From the NCBI GenBank assembly GCA_965248575.1, contig CBDFJQ010000002.1:352001-416000 (forward strand): 64,000 nucleotides of DNA, in the 5' to 3' direction. The position numbers and the translations under genes are program-made. The notes beneath the pieces were generated by a model. That model made no database searches and was not told the DNA's origin. It saw nothing but the letters and a program-made list of their open reading frames with translations. Every line of letters begins with the position of its first letter. The first letter of the stretch is position 1. Source of the stretch: Planctomycetota bacterium. Lineage in GTDB: Bacteria; Planctomycetota; B15-G4. This document shows positions 38,069-48,500 of the stretch, one piece after another.

Positions 38069-39757
38069 TCAGAGCCCGAGCAGGCTCGCGACGACTTTCA
38101 GCTTGATGCCGCGCTTGCGCGTCACGACGCCGTCGCTGATCAGGATCACGACCTTATGCTTGCCGATGTCCTTGAGGGACGGGGTCCAGCTGAAGGTGTT
38201 CGTGTTGGTGTCGAAGGTGGCGCCTTCGGTGAAGGGCGCTTTGTCCATGTTGACGCTCATGCTCAGCACGTCGCCGTCGAGGTCGGTCGCCACGATGGGG
38301 AGGTTGAAGGGCACGTTGATGAGGGCCTGGGCCTTCTTCACCTTGGCGGCGACGGGCTTGCGGTTCTTGACCGTGTTCGCATCCATGGGCTTCACGGCCA
38401 CGGTGTTCTTGCTGATCACGGGCTTGGTGACCCCGTCGTCGACCGACACCTTGAAGGTGTACTTGCCCTTCGGTCCGGGGTTCGGCCAGTCCAGGGTGTT
38501 CGTGGAGTCATTCCAGGTGGCGCCGGCCGGGATCGTGTCCATGTCCGGAGTGAACGTGAGGTCTTCCTCGGTCTTCTCCACGTCGGATGCCAGGACCGGG
38601 ATCGAAATGGCCTGGCCTTCCAGGGCGACCGCCTTCGTGCTCGTGACGACCGGTCGTGTGTTCTTGAACTGCGTGAGATCGGGTGGAGAGTCGGAGGAGG
38701 CCAGCGACCGGTACGCCTTGCCGGCCAGCTTGACCACCACGTCCTCGTCGATGCCCACGAACAGGCTTCCGTCGGAGCGCAGGGTCGTGAAATCTTCGCC
38801 GCCGAGGATGTCCACGTAGAGTTGGACGGACGAACTGAGCGGGCCGCCGGGCAGGTTGACGACCGGTTCCACATAGGAGCCCTCCTCGAAGATCTCGCCG
38901 CGGCCGTTGAGGGTGCGAAAGGTGCCGTCGTCGAGGAAGGCGATGGCGCTGTAGAGCTCGGCAAACACTGCCGCCTGGGATTGTGTGTTCAGCTGCGTGT
39001 TGAAGGGCAGGGCTGCTACGAGCACGCCGCTGGGCGGGTCGCCCTCTGCGTCGGGGTCGCCGCGTGCGACTTTTCCGTCGTTGCGAATGGAGTAGATCTC
39101 GTTGTCGATCGGATCCAAGGCGATACGACGCCAGACGGTGTCCACGTCCTCGCCCTCAGCTGCGCCGGAGATCACACCCGGGCCGCCGTCCCACTGGAGC
39201 ACGGGCGTGAGATCCAGATTCTTGTAGACCGAGCCATCGGACCGAAGCGAGAACACATCCGTCCCCCGAGCGACGAGGCCTTGGAAGAAGAACTCACCAA
39301 GGGGGAGCATGACGACAAGCGTGCCGTCGCGCGCCAAGGCACCGTCGTTGCGCAGGGCCCACAGCTCCCCATCGGCCATGGTGAAGTCCACCCAAGAGCC
39401 CTCGAAGACTGACGAGAAGTCCAGGTTGTCGAAGACCGCTCCGTTCTTCTGGATGCGACCGTCCAAGCGCAAGGCAAAGCGGTCCGAGCCGTCGATGAGC
39501 AGCTTCCACCAGACTTCCCCGAAGGTGTCCGGGTCGCTAGTAACCTTGCCCGGGAGCTTGTCCAACACGGTCGCGTTGGCGGTGAGGGTCCCCTTCTCGT
39601 TCAGGGCGTAGAGGAAGTCATCCTGCGCAATGGCCGGAATGGCCAGGGCCATGGACAGGCCCATGAACAGCGCAGCTGTCAGGGCTCTATGGGCCCATCG
39701 TGTGGCCTGTCGTTTGGCCGCGGGGCGGCGGCAGGGCAGGGGCAGGGGCATGGACAT
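38069..39757 (-). CDS. Secreted protein with LRxDG repeats (propeller-like) and two C-terminal Ig/cadherin-like domains
   Basis: Signal peptide ending AIA-Q, repeated (A/S)LRxDG, then ATDLDGD, GATFD..T.TFSWTP and ISDG. Confidence 0.7.
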   Translation of the reverse strand: MSMPLPLPCRRPAAKRQATRWAHRALTAALFMGLSMALAIPAIAQDDFLYALNEKGTLTANATVLDKLPGKVTSDPDTFGEVWWKLLIDGSDRFALRLDGRIQKNGAVFDNLDFSSVFEGSWVDFTMADGELWALRNDGALARDGTLVVMLPLGEFFFQGLVARGTDVFSLRSDGSVYKNLDLTPVLQWDGGPGVISGAAEGEDVDTVWRRIALDPIDNEIYSIRNDGKVARGDPDAEGDPPSGVLVAALPFNTQLNTQSQAAVFAELYSAIAFLDDGTFRTLNGRGEIFEEGSYVEPVVNLPGGPLSSSVQLYVDILGGEDFTTLRSDGSLFVGIDEDVVVKLAGKAYRSLASSDSPPDLTQFKNTRPVVTSTKAVALEGQAISIPVLASDVEKTEEDLTFTPDMDTIPAGATWNDSTNTLDWPNPGPKGKYTFKVSVDDGVTKPVISKNTVAVKPMDANTVKNRKPVAAKVKKAQALINVPFNLPIVATDLDGDVLSMSVNMDKAPFTEGATFDTNTNTFSWTPSLKDIGKHKVVILISDGVVTRKRGIKLKVVASLLGL

Positions 39758-39985
39758 GGTGGTTTCCTGGGACGGTGTGGCGGGCGCTGCGGGCTCATGG
39801 GTTGCCCAGCCGGGCTGGCGCGGTCCAGCCTAAGACAGTGCCTTGGGCAAAGTGTAGTTTTGGCCCGCAGTTGCTGCGATTTCCTGGGAACCGGCGCCTG
39901 GGCTGCGACGTCTCCCACGAGAAGGCCGGTGGACGAGCCAGCGCCCTTTCTCGATTCTCGAGTTCGATGAGTTCCTGAGAAGCCT

Positions 39986-40663
39986 GTGCAGAGCGGTAAC
40001 GACGAGTCCGACGAGGGCCTGGTGGGCAGGGCCGCCTCTGGCGAGCGTGCCGCCTTTGCGGAGCTGGTGGCTCGTTATGCCCCGGCTGTGCGGAATGTCC
40101 TGCGCAGCCGGGTCGGCGATGCCCATTGGGCGGAGGATCTGTCGCAGGAGGTGTGGATCAAGGTGCATGGCGCTCTCGCGAGCTTCGCGGGGCGTGGCGC
40201 CTTTCGCCCCTGGCTCTTCGCGATCGCCCTCAACCACGCCCGGGATGCCCTGCGCTCCAAACTGAGGCGCCGACCCCGGTTCGTTCAGGAGCTGGAGCTC
40301 GGGGAGGGGGCCGGGGGGGGCATCGGGGGGGGCACCGGAGATCTCGAGGATTCCGAGCCGGCTCCGGACGGGCACATGGATCGCCGCGAACAGGCCCAGT
40401 TGGTCGCGGCGGCTCTCAAGGACATCCAGGAACCCTTCCGGACGGCTCTTTCGCTGGTGGAGCTGGGAGGGCTCAGCTACGCCGAGGCTGCTGCTACTTC
40501 GGAGTGCAGCCTCGGAACCGTGAAATCGCGCGTGCACCGGGCTCGGCGACTGTTCCGCGACGCCTTCCTGCGTCGGGAGGCTGCGACGCGCCCGCCTGTT
40601 CTGCGAACCGCTGTCCTGACTTCGAGCGACTCCAACCCAAGCAAGAGAGTGAGGCTGCCATGA
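39986..40663 (+). CDS. ECF RNA polymerase sigma factor
   Basis: AEDLSQEVWIK, FRPWLFAIALN (region 2) and LSYAEAA...GTVKSRVHRAR (region 4). Confidence 0.93.
   Translation: MQSGNDESDEGLVGRAASGERAAFAELVARYAPAVRNVLRSRVGDAHWAEDLSQEVWIKVHGALASFAGRGAFRPWLFAIALNHARDALRSKLRRRPRFVQELELGEGAGGGIGGGTGDLEDSEPAPDGHMDRREQAQLVAAALKDIQEPFRTALSLVELGGLSYAEAAATSECSLGTVKSRVHRARRLFRDAFLRREAATRPPVLRTAVLTSSDSNPSKRVRLP
40301..40332 (+). repeat. Poly-G tracts (G4, G5, G8, G8) inside the ECF sigma gene
   Basis: GGGGAGGGGGCCGGGGGGGGCATCGGGGGGGG. Confidence 0.9.
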
Positions 40664-42051
40664 AGGCGAACTGGAACTGTGAACAGGTCGAGCAGGAGCT
40701 TCCCTCCTACGTCGATGGGCTGCTTCCGGCCACGGAGTTGGCTGCGCTGGAAGCCCACGTCCAGGCCTGTGCGCGCTGCGAAGAGAGCTTGGCGAGTTGG
40801 CAGCGAGCCCTTGGCAGTTTGCGGGCGGGCGGGCCTCGGCGCGCCACCCAGGCGGAAGTCGCGGGCGTCATGGCTGCTTTGGATGACCTTCAGGCCCCGG
40901 CCGTCGTGCCTTCGCCCGTTCAACACGTGGTGCAGCAGGCGGCACAGCAGGCGGTCCCGGGCCTCGCCCAGGAACGGCGTGATTACCGCCGGGCTCTGCA
41001 TGCGGCGGGCTGGGCACACGGGCCCTCGAGGCGGCGTCGCGTGCTTGCCGGGTTCGGCTTCGCCGTGCTGGGTGCAGCGGCCGCGCTCTGGTTGATGATG
41101 TTGCTTGGCGAACAGAGGCGCGGGGAGAGCGCCGGGCCAGTCGCAGAGATGGTGCTCGCGGAACAAGCTGTGAGCCAACCTCAAGGCCCGGCCGAGGCAC
41201 AAGCTGGCGGGCGAGAGGATTCAATGCGGGATGTGGAGCCGCTAGGCCCCCAGCTGGTCCTGGATCTGCAGCCGATCACGGATCTCGCCACGTCCTTGTG
41301 GGGCGGGCTGCGAGAGTTGTCATCCGAGGGGCTTGAGCAATGGGCGCAGGCCCAACGATCGACGGAACAACAGAAACTTCGGCGGGAGCAAGAGGCTCGT
41401 TGGGCACAGGAGCAATGGGTCGCTGTCCTGCGGGACCGGCATCAGCTCCATGAGGACGGCTTGGCAAGGGAGCTGGCCGCGGACGATCAGCGGCCCGTCA
41501 AACCCACCCAGGGCGTCCTCGCCGGAGGGGGCGAGGGGACGAAGCTGGCCGCGGCACACGAGCTGGCCGCCGGCGGCAGCTCCCTGAGCTTGGAGTCGCC
41601 CGAGTCGACCGGGTTCTTGAGCCTTCTCGGGCCCCCGCATCCGGTGCGACCTCGACTGCGAGCGGGTGTCGCTGAGTTGGATCGCAGCGGCACGCAGGTC
41701 ACGCTGCACATGGCGGGCGATCTCCGTCAGGCGGTCCCGACCCTGTTGGGCCTACTGACCCATGAGGACCAGCAGCTGGTAGCCGTCGCCGTGGCTCGGC
41801 TCGAGGTCTTGCGATTGCAGGTGGACGCCGTGCCGGGGCTGGAGCAGGCCGTCGAGGCTGCGATGGCGGCCGCATCGAGCGCGTCAGCCGAGCCGCAAGC
41901 GCCTGAACGTGGGTGGTGGTCGTCCCTCTTCGGCCCGGAGCGGTCCGTGGATGACCTTCCTGCCATCGGCTCAGAGGCCGAGGAATGGGACCTCTGGTGG
42001 ACGGTCGCAGAGCCCTTGTTGCCGGCGGACCACATGCAAGGTGCCGCGTGA
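40660..42051 (+). CDS. zf-HC2 anti-sigma factor, single TM
   Basis: NCEQVEQELPSYVDG...HVQACARC and a TM segment. ATGA overlap with the sigma gene. Confidence 0.85.
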   Translation: MKANWNCEQVEQELPSYVDGLLPATELAALEAHVQACARCEESLASWQRALGSLRAGGPRRATQAEVAGVMAALDDLQAPAVVPSPVQHVVQQAAQQAVPGLAQERRDYRRALHAAGWAHGPSRRRRVLAGFGFAVLGAAAALWLMMLLGEQRRGESAGPVAEMVLAEQAVSQPQGPAEAQAGGREDSMRDVEPLGPQLVLDLQPITDLATSLWGGLRELSSEGLEQWAQAQRSTEQQKLRREQEARWAQEQWVAVLRDRHQLHEDGLARELAADDQRPVKPTQGVLAGGGEGTKLAAAHELAAGGSSLSLESPESTGFLSLLGPPHPVRPRLRAGVAELDRSGTQVTLHMAGDLRQAVPTLLGLLTHEDQQLVAVAVARLEVLRLQVDAVPGLEQAVEAAMAAASSASAEPQAPERGWWSSLFGPERSVDDLPAIGSEAEEWDLWWTVAEPLLPADHMQGAA

Positions 42052-42172
42052 GTGAACGCTGCAAAACGTCTGTTTTTCCGGGAACCTGGCGGCTGTCTGT
42101 GCCGTCTCCCCCGCAGTTGACCCTTCGTGATTGCCCTTGTCTGCGATCGTCGTGCTTGAGTTGGAGAACACC

Positions 42173-43390
42173 ATGACCGTGTCCACCCACCGACTGTTGA
42201 CCGTGTGCGTGCTGTTGCTGTGCGGCGCGCTCTTGCCGAGCTGCTCCATCCATTGGAATGACAGCCGTTACCGGGCCAAGGTCCCGTCGGTGTTGAAGCG
42301 CGTCGAGCTCGAACCCGAGGGCAGCGAGCGGCGCGAATACGAGCTGACGGTGAAGACCTTCGGGGAGGCGCGCGTCCGTGAAACCGTGACGGACTCTCGC
42401 GAGGTGGCCTTCCTCGGGATCACCACGCACAAGCTGAACGGCGAGCTGGCAGCGGAATTGGGTGTGCCGGCCTGGAACGGGGTGCTCATCGATCGGGTGG
42501 TTGATGGTTCCGCGGCCAGCGATGCTGGGCTGCTCAAGGGCGACATCCTGCTCTCGCTGGATTCCCAGGAGGTCACCACTTCCGAACAGGTGACGGAGCT
42601 GATCCAGGACGGCATGAAGCCAGGGCAGGAGATTGGCGTGCGAGTGCAGCGCTGGGCTGAGCCCGATCCTGACGGCGATGTCCGCCTCATCCAGAGGGAG
42701 TTCAACCTGACGGTTGGGAGCCGGGCCATCGAGTCGTCGTCGACCCGGGTCCACAAGCTGCCGAGCTCCGCCTCGGTCCTGCGACACACGGGCATGAACA
42801 TCAGTGAGCTTCCGCAGGAATTGGCGAGCGTCCTGTTCCAGGTGGATCGAGAGGTCGTGCTCGTCTCAAGGGTCGTACCCGGATCGCCTGCGTACCTCGC
42901 GGGTTTTCGGGCAGGAGATCGCATCACCTCCGTGGACGTGGTCGACGTGGAGTCCTTGGATCAGGTGCGTGCCGCCGTGCTCCAGTGCGCGATCAGCAGG
43001 GGCTTCTCCGTCAACCAGGAGGCCTTGCTGGGCACGAACCACCCGATTTCATCTGCTTCCGGCAACAAGCAGCTGGTGCTCTCCGTCGAGGGCCCCTTGG
43101 GGCCGTGGACAGAGAGCGTGGTTCCCGTGCAGGACATTGAAGACGACTCGGAGTTCTACTTCCCGATCCTGTTCTCGTACGACTCCGAGACCAAGTCCAC
43201 CGACTGGTCGTTCCTGCACTTCATCTTTCAGCTGGGTGCCACCTACGACAGTCACTTCGTGCACAGTGCCACGCGGCGCTCGGAGTCGGTGACCGACCTC
43301 TCACTGCTGCCTTTGGGGTTGATCGAGTACAGCCGGTCGCCCGTGCGGACGCGCTGGACCCTGCTCTGGTTCATCTCGTTCTCGATCTAG
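42173..43390 (+). CDS. Two-PDZ-domain lipoprotein
   Basis: Lipobox-like LLPSC, FLGI...GVLIDRVVDGSAASDAGLLKGD and VVPGSPAYLAGFRAGDRI. Confidence 0.8.
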   Translation: MTVSTHRLLTVCVLLLCGALLPSCSIHWNDSRYRAKVPSVLKRVELEPEGSERREYELTVKTFGEARVRETVTDSREVAFLGITTHKLNGELAAELGVPAWNGVLIDRVVDGSAASDAGLLKGDILLSLDSQEVTTSEQVTELIQDGMKPGQEIGVRVQRWAEPDPDGDVRLIQREFNLTVGSRAIESSSTRVHKLPSSASVLRHTGMNISELPQELASVLFQVDREVVLVSRVVPGSPAYLAGFRAGDRITSVDVVDVESLDQVRAAVLQCAISRGFSVNQEALLGTNHPISSASGNKQLVLSVEGPLGPWTESVVPVQDIEDDSEFYFPILFSYDSETKSTDWSFLHFIFQLGATYDSHFVHSATRRSESVTDLSLLPLGLIEYSRSPVRTRWTLLWFISFSI

Positions 43391-43545
43391 TGGTGCGCTG
43401 GCGTCCCTCCGCGCGAGGTCGCTTCGCGACCGGGTCGGAGTTCGTATGATGGGACCTCCACGAATTGGTATCAGGGTGGCTCGCTCGATGGCGACGTGCC
43501 CCCGGCGTGGCTGGCTACTTCCCACTGACGACGATAGGAGGCTGC

Positions 43546-45231
43546 GTGTCCGCCTCTCCAACAGTGTCCCGCAAGCGGGCCTCATCGATATGGCTTGCAT
43601 GCCTCGCGGCGTCCTGGCTCACGCTGGCTGGTCCCCCTGCCGCACGCGCGCAAGAGTACGTCTACGCCCTGAATGAAACGGGCAAGCTCACGGTGAACGG
43701 AGTCGTCGTCGATTCCCTTCCCAGCAGCTTTGACGAGGATGAACCGCCGGGCAAGGTCGACCTCGATCAGCGTTGGTGGAACCTGTTCGTGACGGGCAGC
43801 GAGTTCTACTCCATCCGGGCCGATGGTCGGGTCAGCAAGTCGGGGGCAAAGCTCTTCACCCTGGCTTTCGAGAACGTGAACAAGCACAGCTGGGTGGATG
43901 TCGTCGTGCCGGGGGATGGCGCCGTCTGGGCCTTGCGCTCAGACGGGCGCATCAGCCGGGATGCCTCCTCGGCGCAAAACTTCACCCAGGGGTCGTTCGA
44001 GTTCATGGACCTCAGCACGGACGGCACCGACGTCTACTCTCTGCGTTCGGACGGGGCCATCTACCGCAACAACCTCAATACAAAGCTCTTCGCCTTCAAG
44101 GCGGGCAACCACATGGGCGAGGGGGAGGGCGATGACCCCGCCACCGTGTGGGACAGCCTGGAATGGAATGCGACGGACGGCATGCTCTACGGACTGCGCC
44201 GCGACGGAAGCGTGGTGCGCGGCGACCCGGCCAACCCCGACGACCTTGTTGGTGATGGTGATGAGGCCAGCGTGGGTGGTCCGCCGCAAGGGGAGCTGGT
44301 CGCCAAGTTGCCGTTCGGCGACGTGGCCACTACCTCCAGTTCCTACATCGCCCTGAGCATCGACTCGCTCGGGCGCTGGTGGACGGTGCGGGGCAGCGGC
44401 CGCGTGTACAACTCGGATGACGTCTTCGACGAATTGATCAACCTGCCGGGCGACCCGGACGACGACAACGACCAGGTGCTGCGGGACATCGTCGGCACCA
44501 GCACCGGCTTCCTGGCCCTACGTCGCGACGGTCGCCTCTACGACGCTACGGGTACGGCGCTGATCAACCTGCCCAAGAACCGCTATCGCGCGCTCTGGCG
44601 GAGCATGACGCCACCCAACCTCAGTGGGCTCAAGAACATCCGCCCCAAGCTGGCCCGCTATGCCGTCAAGGCCGTGACGGGCGACGACCTCAGCATCCCG
44701 GTCCTGGTCACGGATGCAGACAAGGCTGCCAGCGATCTGCTGGTGAGTGTGGACGACGCCAGCATGCCTCCCGGTTCCACATGGGACGACGTCTTGCGCG
44801 TGCTCGACTGGCCGAATGCCGGGCCGGCGGGCAACTACAAGCTGAAGGTCATGGTGGATGACGGGGTCGGCAAGCCGGTCAAGAAGACCTTCAAGATCAA
44901 CGTCAAGGACCCGGACGAGAATGAGGCCAAGAACCGCCCGCCGCAGCCCAGCAAGGTGAAGGGGGCCGTGATGCAAGCGGGGCTGCCCTTCGTGCTGCCC
45001 CTGATCGTGCGCGACCTCGATGGCGACCCCGTCTCCATCACGGTGGACATGTCCAGTAGCCCGTTCACCCTGGGCGCGGAGTTCGACGAGAAGACGGCGG
45101 AGTTCCGATGGGACGACCCGCCGCTTGCGGAGGTGGGCAAGCACGTCGTCGTGTTCACCCTGAGCGATGGGACCGTCACCAAGACCTTCAAGGTGAAGTT
45201 GAAGCTCGAGAGCAGCTTACTGGCGTTCTGA
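43546..45231 (+). CDS. Secreted protein, paralog of 38069-39757
   Basis: AGGAGG RBS before GTG 43546, signal peptide ending ARA-Q, and the same LRxDG repeats and Ig-like C-terminus. Confidence 0.72.
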   Translation: MSASPTVSRKRASSIWLACLAASWLTLAGPPAARAQEYVYALNETGKLTVNGVVVDSLPSSFDEDEPPGKVDLDQRWWNLFVTGSEFYSIRADGRVSKSGAKLFTLAFENVNKHSWVDVVVPGDGAVWALRSDGRISRDASSAQNFTQGSFEFMDLSTDGTDVYSLRSDGAIYRNNLNTKLFAFKAGNHMGEGEGDDPATVWDSLEWNATDGMLYGLRRDGSVVRGDPANPDDLVGDGDEASVGGPPQGELVAKLPFGDVATTSSSYIALSIDSLGRWWTVRGSGRVYNSDDVFDELINLPGDPDDDNDQVLRDIVGTSTGFLALRRDGRLYDATGTALINLPKNRYRALWRSMTPPNLSGLKNIRPKLARYAVKAVTGDDLSIPVLVTDADKAASDLLVSVDDASMPPGSTWDDVLRVLDWPNAGPAGNYKLKVMVDDGVGKPVKKTFKINVKDPDENEAKNRPPQPSKVKGAVMQAGLPFVLPLIVRDLDGDPVSITVDMSSSPFTLGAEFDEKTAEFRWDDPPLAEVGKHVVVFTLSDGTVTKTFKVKLKLESSLLAF

Positions 45232-45307
45232 GCGCTGCGGAGGCCGCTCGCAGAGCGGGAGGCGGCCTGCCTGGGGCGAAGCCCCTGGCTGACGTCCATC
45301 CAAGTGA

Positions 45308-45383
45308 TGGTGGATCGCAGGGGATTTGAACCCCTGACCTCCTGATTGCGAACCAGGCGCTCTACCAACTGAGCTAGCGACCC
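45308..45383 (-). tRNA. tRNA-Ala(CGC)
   Basis: GGGTCGCTAGCTCAGTTGGTAGAGCGCCTGGTT-CGC-AATCAGGAGGTCAGGGGTTCAAATCCCCTGCGATCCACCA, with a G3:U70 pair and encoded CCA. Confidence 0.97.
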
Positions 45384-45541
45384 ATGAACTGCGCACCGCG
45401 CGGGTGAAGCGGGGGAGTGTAGGGGCCCGCCCCCGGCCCGGTCAACGACCGGACAGGAGTGGGTTTGGAGCAGCCGTTGCGGGAGGGGCGGGGAGCTTGA
45501 TGCCGGGCGCCGGAGTCACGGAATCAACTCGCGGACGCGAG

Positions 45542-48500
45542 CTAAGCGTTTGTGGCACCCGGCTCGCCGCGGATCCTCTCGATCAGGCCTTCGATCAGCG
45601 TGTAGGTGCAGGGAATGACGACGAGCGTGAGCAAGGTCGCGCAGCTCAGGCCGGCCACGACCGTGATGGCCATGGGGGCGCGCAGCTCGGCACCCTCACC
45701 GGCGGTGATAGGCAGCAGCCCCGTGAGCGGCAGGAGTCCCAAGACCGTCGTCATGGTGGTCATGAGGATGGGGCGCAGCCGCATGTAGCAGGCCTGTTGC
45801 ACCGCCTCGATCAAAGGCAGGCCGTCGAGGCGTCGCCGGCGATTGATGGCATCGATCAGCACGATGGCGTTGTTGACGACGATGCCGGCCAGGATGATGG
45901 CACCGATGAAGACCACCACGGACAGCGGGATGTCCATGATTGCGAGGGCGCCGACGGCGCCCACCATCGCGAGCGGCACCGTCACCAGGATGATCAGGGG
46001 CTGCAGCAGGGATTCGAAGATGGAAGCCATCACGACGTAGACCAGGAACACCGCCAGCAACAGTGCTTGGGTCATCTGGCCCAGGGCACCGGCCATCTCA
46101 CGGCTCTGCCCACCCTGGTCGATGATGACGCTGCTCTCCTGCTCGATCTGCGCGATGCGGCGCTCGATCTCCTGGCCCGCGCTCCCGACGTCGAAGCCCG
46201 CGAGCGATGCGCTGACGATGGCCGCCCGCTGTCCCCACAGCCGTCGGATCTCTCGCGGGCCCTCGCGCACCCGGCTGGTGCTCAGGGACGACAGGGGTTC
46301 GGACGCATCGCTCGTGGGATTCACGGGCAAGCCGAGCAGGTCGTCGAGGGAGGTGAGCTCCTGCTTGGGCACCTGGACCAGCACGTCCAGCTTGTGTTCC
46401 TTGTCGCTGAAGCGTGTCGCCACGCGCCCCTTGACCATGTCGGACACGGTGTCGGCCAGCATGCGTGTGTCGAGGTCGTAGCGGGAGAGCAGGTCGCGGT
46501 CGAAGCTGAGCATGATCTCGGGGCTGCCGGGTTGCACGCTGCTGCGCACATCCCGCAGGCCTGGAATCCCACGCAGGGAGCTCTCGACCTGGCCGGCGAC
46601 CCGGGCCAGTTCCTTCAGGTCGTCGCCCTTGATCTCGATCACGATCGGGCTGCGAATCGAGAACAAGGTGGGGCGCTCGAAGCGCATGTCGCGCAGCTCG
46701 GGGATCTGACTGAGGGTCTCGCGCAAGGTCGCCATGACAGCTTCCTCGGTGGCCTCCATCTCCTCGGTCGGATGCAGGCCGATGGCGAGGCGCGCGGTGT
46801 GTTCGCCTTCGTCCGGTTGGCTGATCTCATCCCGGGGGACGCCCACGGTGCTGGAGACCCAGGCCACGCGCTCATCTTCGCGCAGCGCTTGCTCCGCGAA
46901 GCGGGCGACGGCATCCGTGGCCTCGAGCGGGGCGCCGACCGGCAGGGACAGGCGCCCGATGATTTCACCTTGGTGCACTTCGGGCAGCATTTCGCTGCCG
47001 AGGCTGCCGGCGGTCTCGACCATCCACCACATGAGGCCGAGCGAGGCGAGCAGCACGAGTCCCATGAGAGGGGTGCTGCGCACCACGCCGCCGATGAACT
47101 TCGGGTAGGCCTTCTCCATCAATCCGTAGACGAAGCGGAAGACCGTAGAGGGGATCCACATGACCACCAGGAAGGCGAGCAGGACGAGGGCGATGGCGAC
47201 TGCGAGCACTCCTGCGACCACGGTGAAGCCAGCCACAAGAAACCGGCCCACCAGGTCAAAGGCGATGTGAAGCAGCAGACCCCCGAACTGCACCAAACCG
47301 ATCAACGGCTCAACGAAGAGCACAATGCTCAGCAGGCGTTTGAACGTGGAGCGGCGTGCCCAGCGAACTCGGAACCCCTGCAGGGCGTTCGAGGCGGTGC
47401 TGAGGTAGGCCGGTGGGCGCGTCATCAACTGCCAACCGCCGCCCAGGGTGCTCAAGATGGAGAAGCCCTTGCCCTCCGTGGACGTGCCGCGCGACGCGAG
47501 CATCGGCACGAGGAACAGGGCCACGACCAGGGACACCATCAGGCTGGCTACGACCGTGAACGCCTGGTCGCGGAAGACCTGGCCCGCGATGCCTTCCACG
47601 AACACGATGGGGGCGAAGACCGCCACTGTTGTCAGGGTGGACGCCGTGGCCGCTCCCGCCACCTCGCGGGTGCCGTTGACGGCGGCCTCAACGCGGTTGT
47701 CTCCCAACTCCCGCCGCCGCGCGATGGATTCGAGGATCACGATGGCGTTGTCCACCACCATGCCGATGCCCAAGGCCAGCCCGCCCAACGACATGACGTT
47801 GAGGGAGGTGTTCGAGAGATGCAGTGGGGCGAAGGTGACGATCACGCTGACCGGAATGGCCACGGCGATGATCAAGGTCGTGCCGATCTTGCCCAGGAAC
47901 AGGAAGAGCACGATCACCGCCAGCGCGGCGCCGAAGAGCCCTGACTCACGCACCTCCGTCAGGGCCGCCTCGATGAAGCGGGACTGATCAGACAGCAAGT
48001 GCACGCGAACGTCCGAGGGGAGCTCCGCCGCGAGGTAGCGGTAGGCGCTGTTCTTCGCGATGAGCCCCTCTTCGATGGCGGTGAGTCGTTGCTTCGTGTC
48101 CTCATCGAGCGTCGCTTGGGCAAGGGCTGCGCTCTTCGCATCCTCGATCTCTTGCGCAGTGCTCTCAACGCCCTCGTCGGTGCTGGCGCCGCTGTCCGTC
48201 TCGGCGGGCTCGTCATCCGTCGGGGCCTCGGGCTGGGAGGAGTTGCCGGGGCTGCCGCCGCCGGACATGCCTCCCATGCGCTCCAGCATCTCTGCCCGGC
48301 GTTGTTTGCGGACCCGTTCGATGGAGGCGGCAAAGGCAGGGTCTGCGTCGGCCTCTGCATCCAGGGTCCGCTGCTGTTCTTCGGGGTCCTCGATGCGGCC
48401 GTCGCGCAGCTGGCCGATCCAGTCCCGCTGTGCCGCCGTGCCGAAGACGTTGGTGCGCACGCGCTGAGCCAACTCCACGATGTTGGCGTCGGCCTCCTTG

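Noticed and set aside
38041..45383. Genomic island integrated at tRNA-Ala
   Set aside because: No integrase, no duplicated tRNA 3' end found by eye, and no evident composition shift.
45404..47944. 846-aa plus-strand ORF, and similar long antisense ORFs such as 17363-19708, 5673-7253, 56168-57316, 37994-39412 and 207-1382
   Set aside because: Shadow ORFs opposite well-supported genes. They are expected from high-GC codon bias and have no recognisable motifs.
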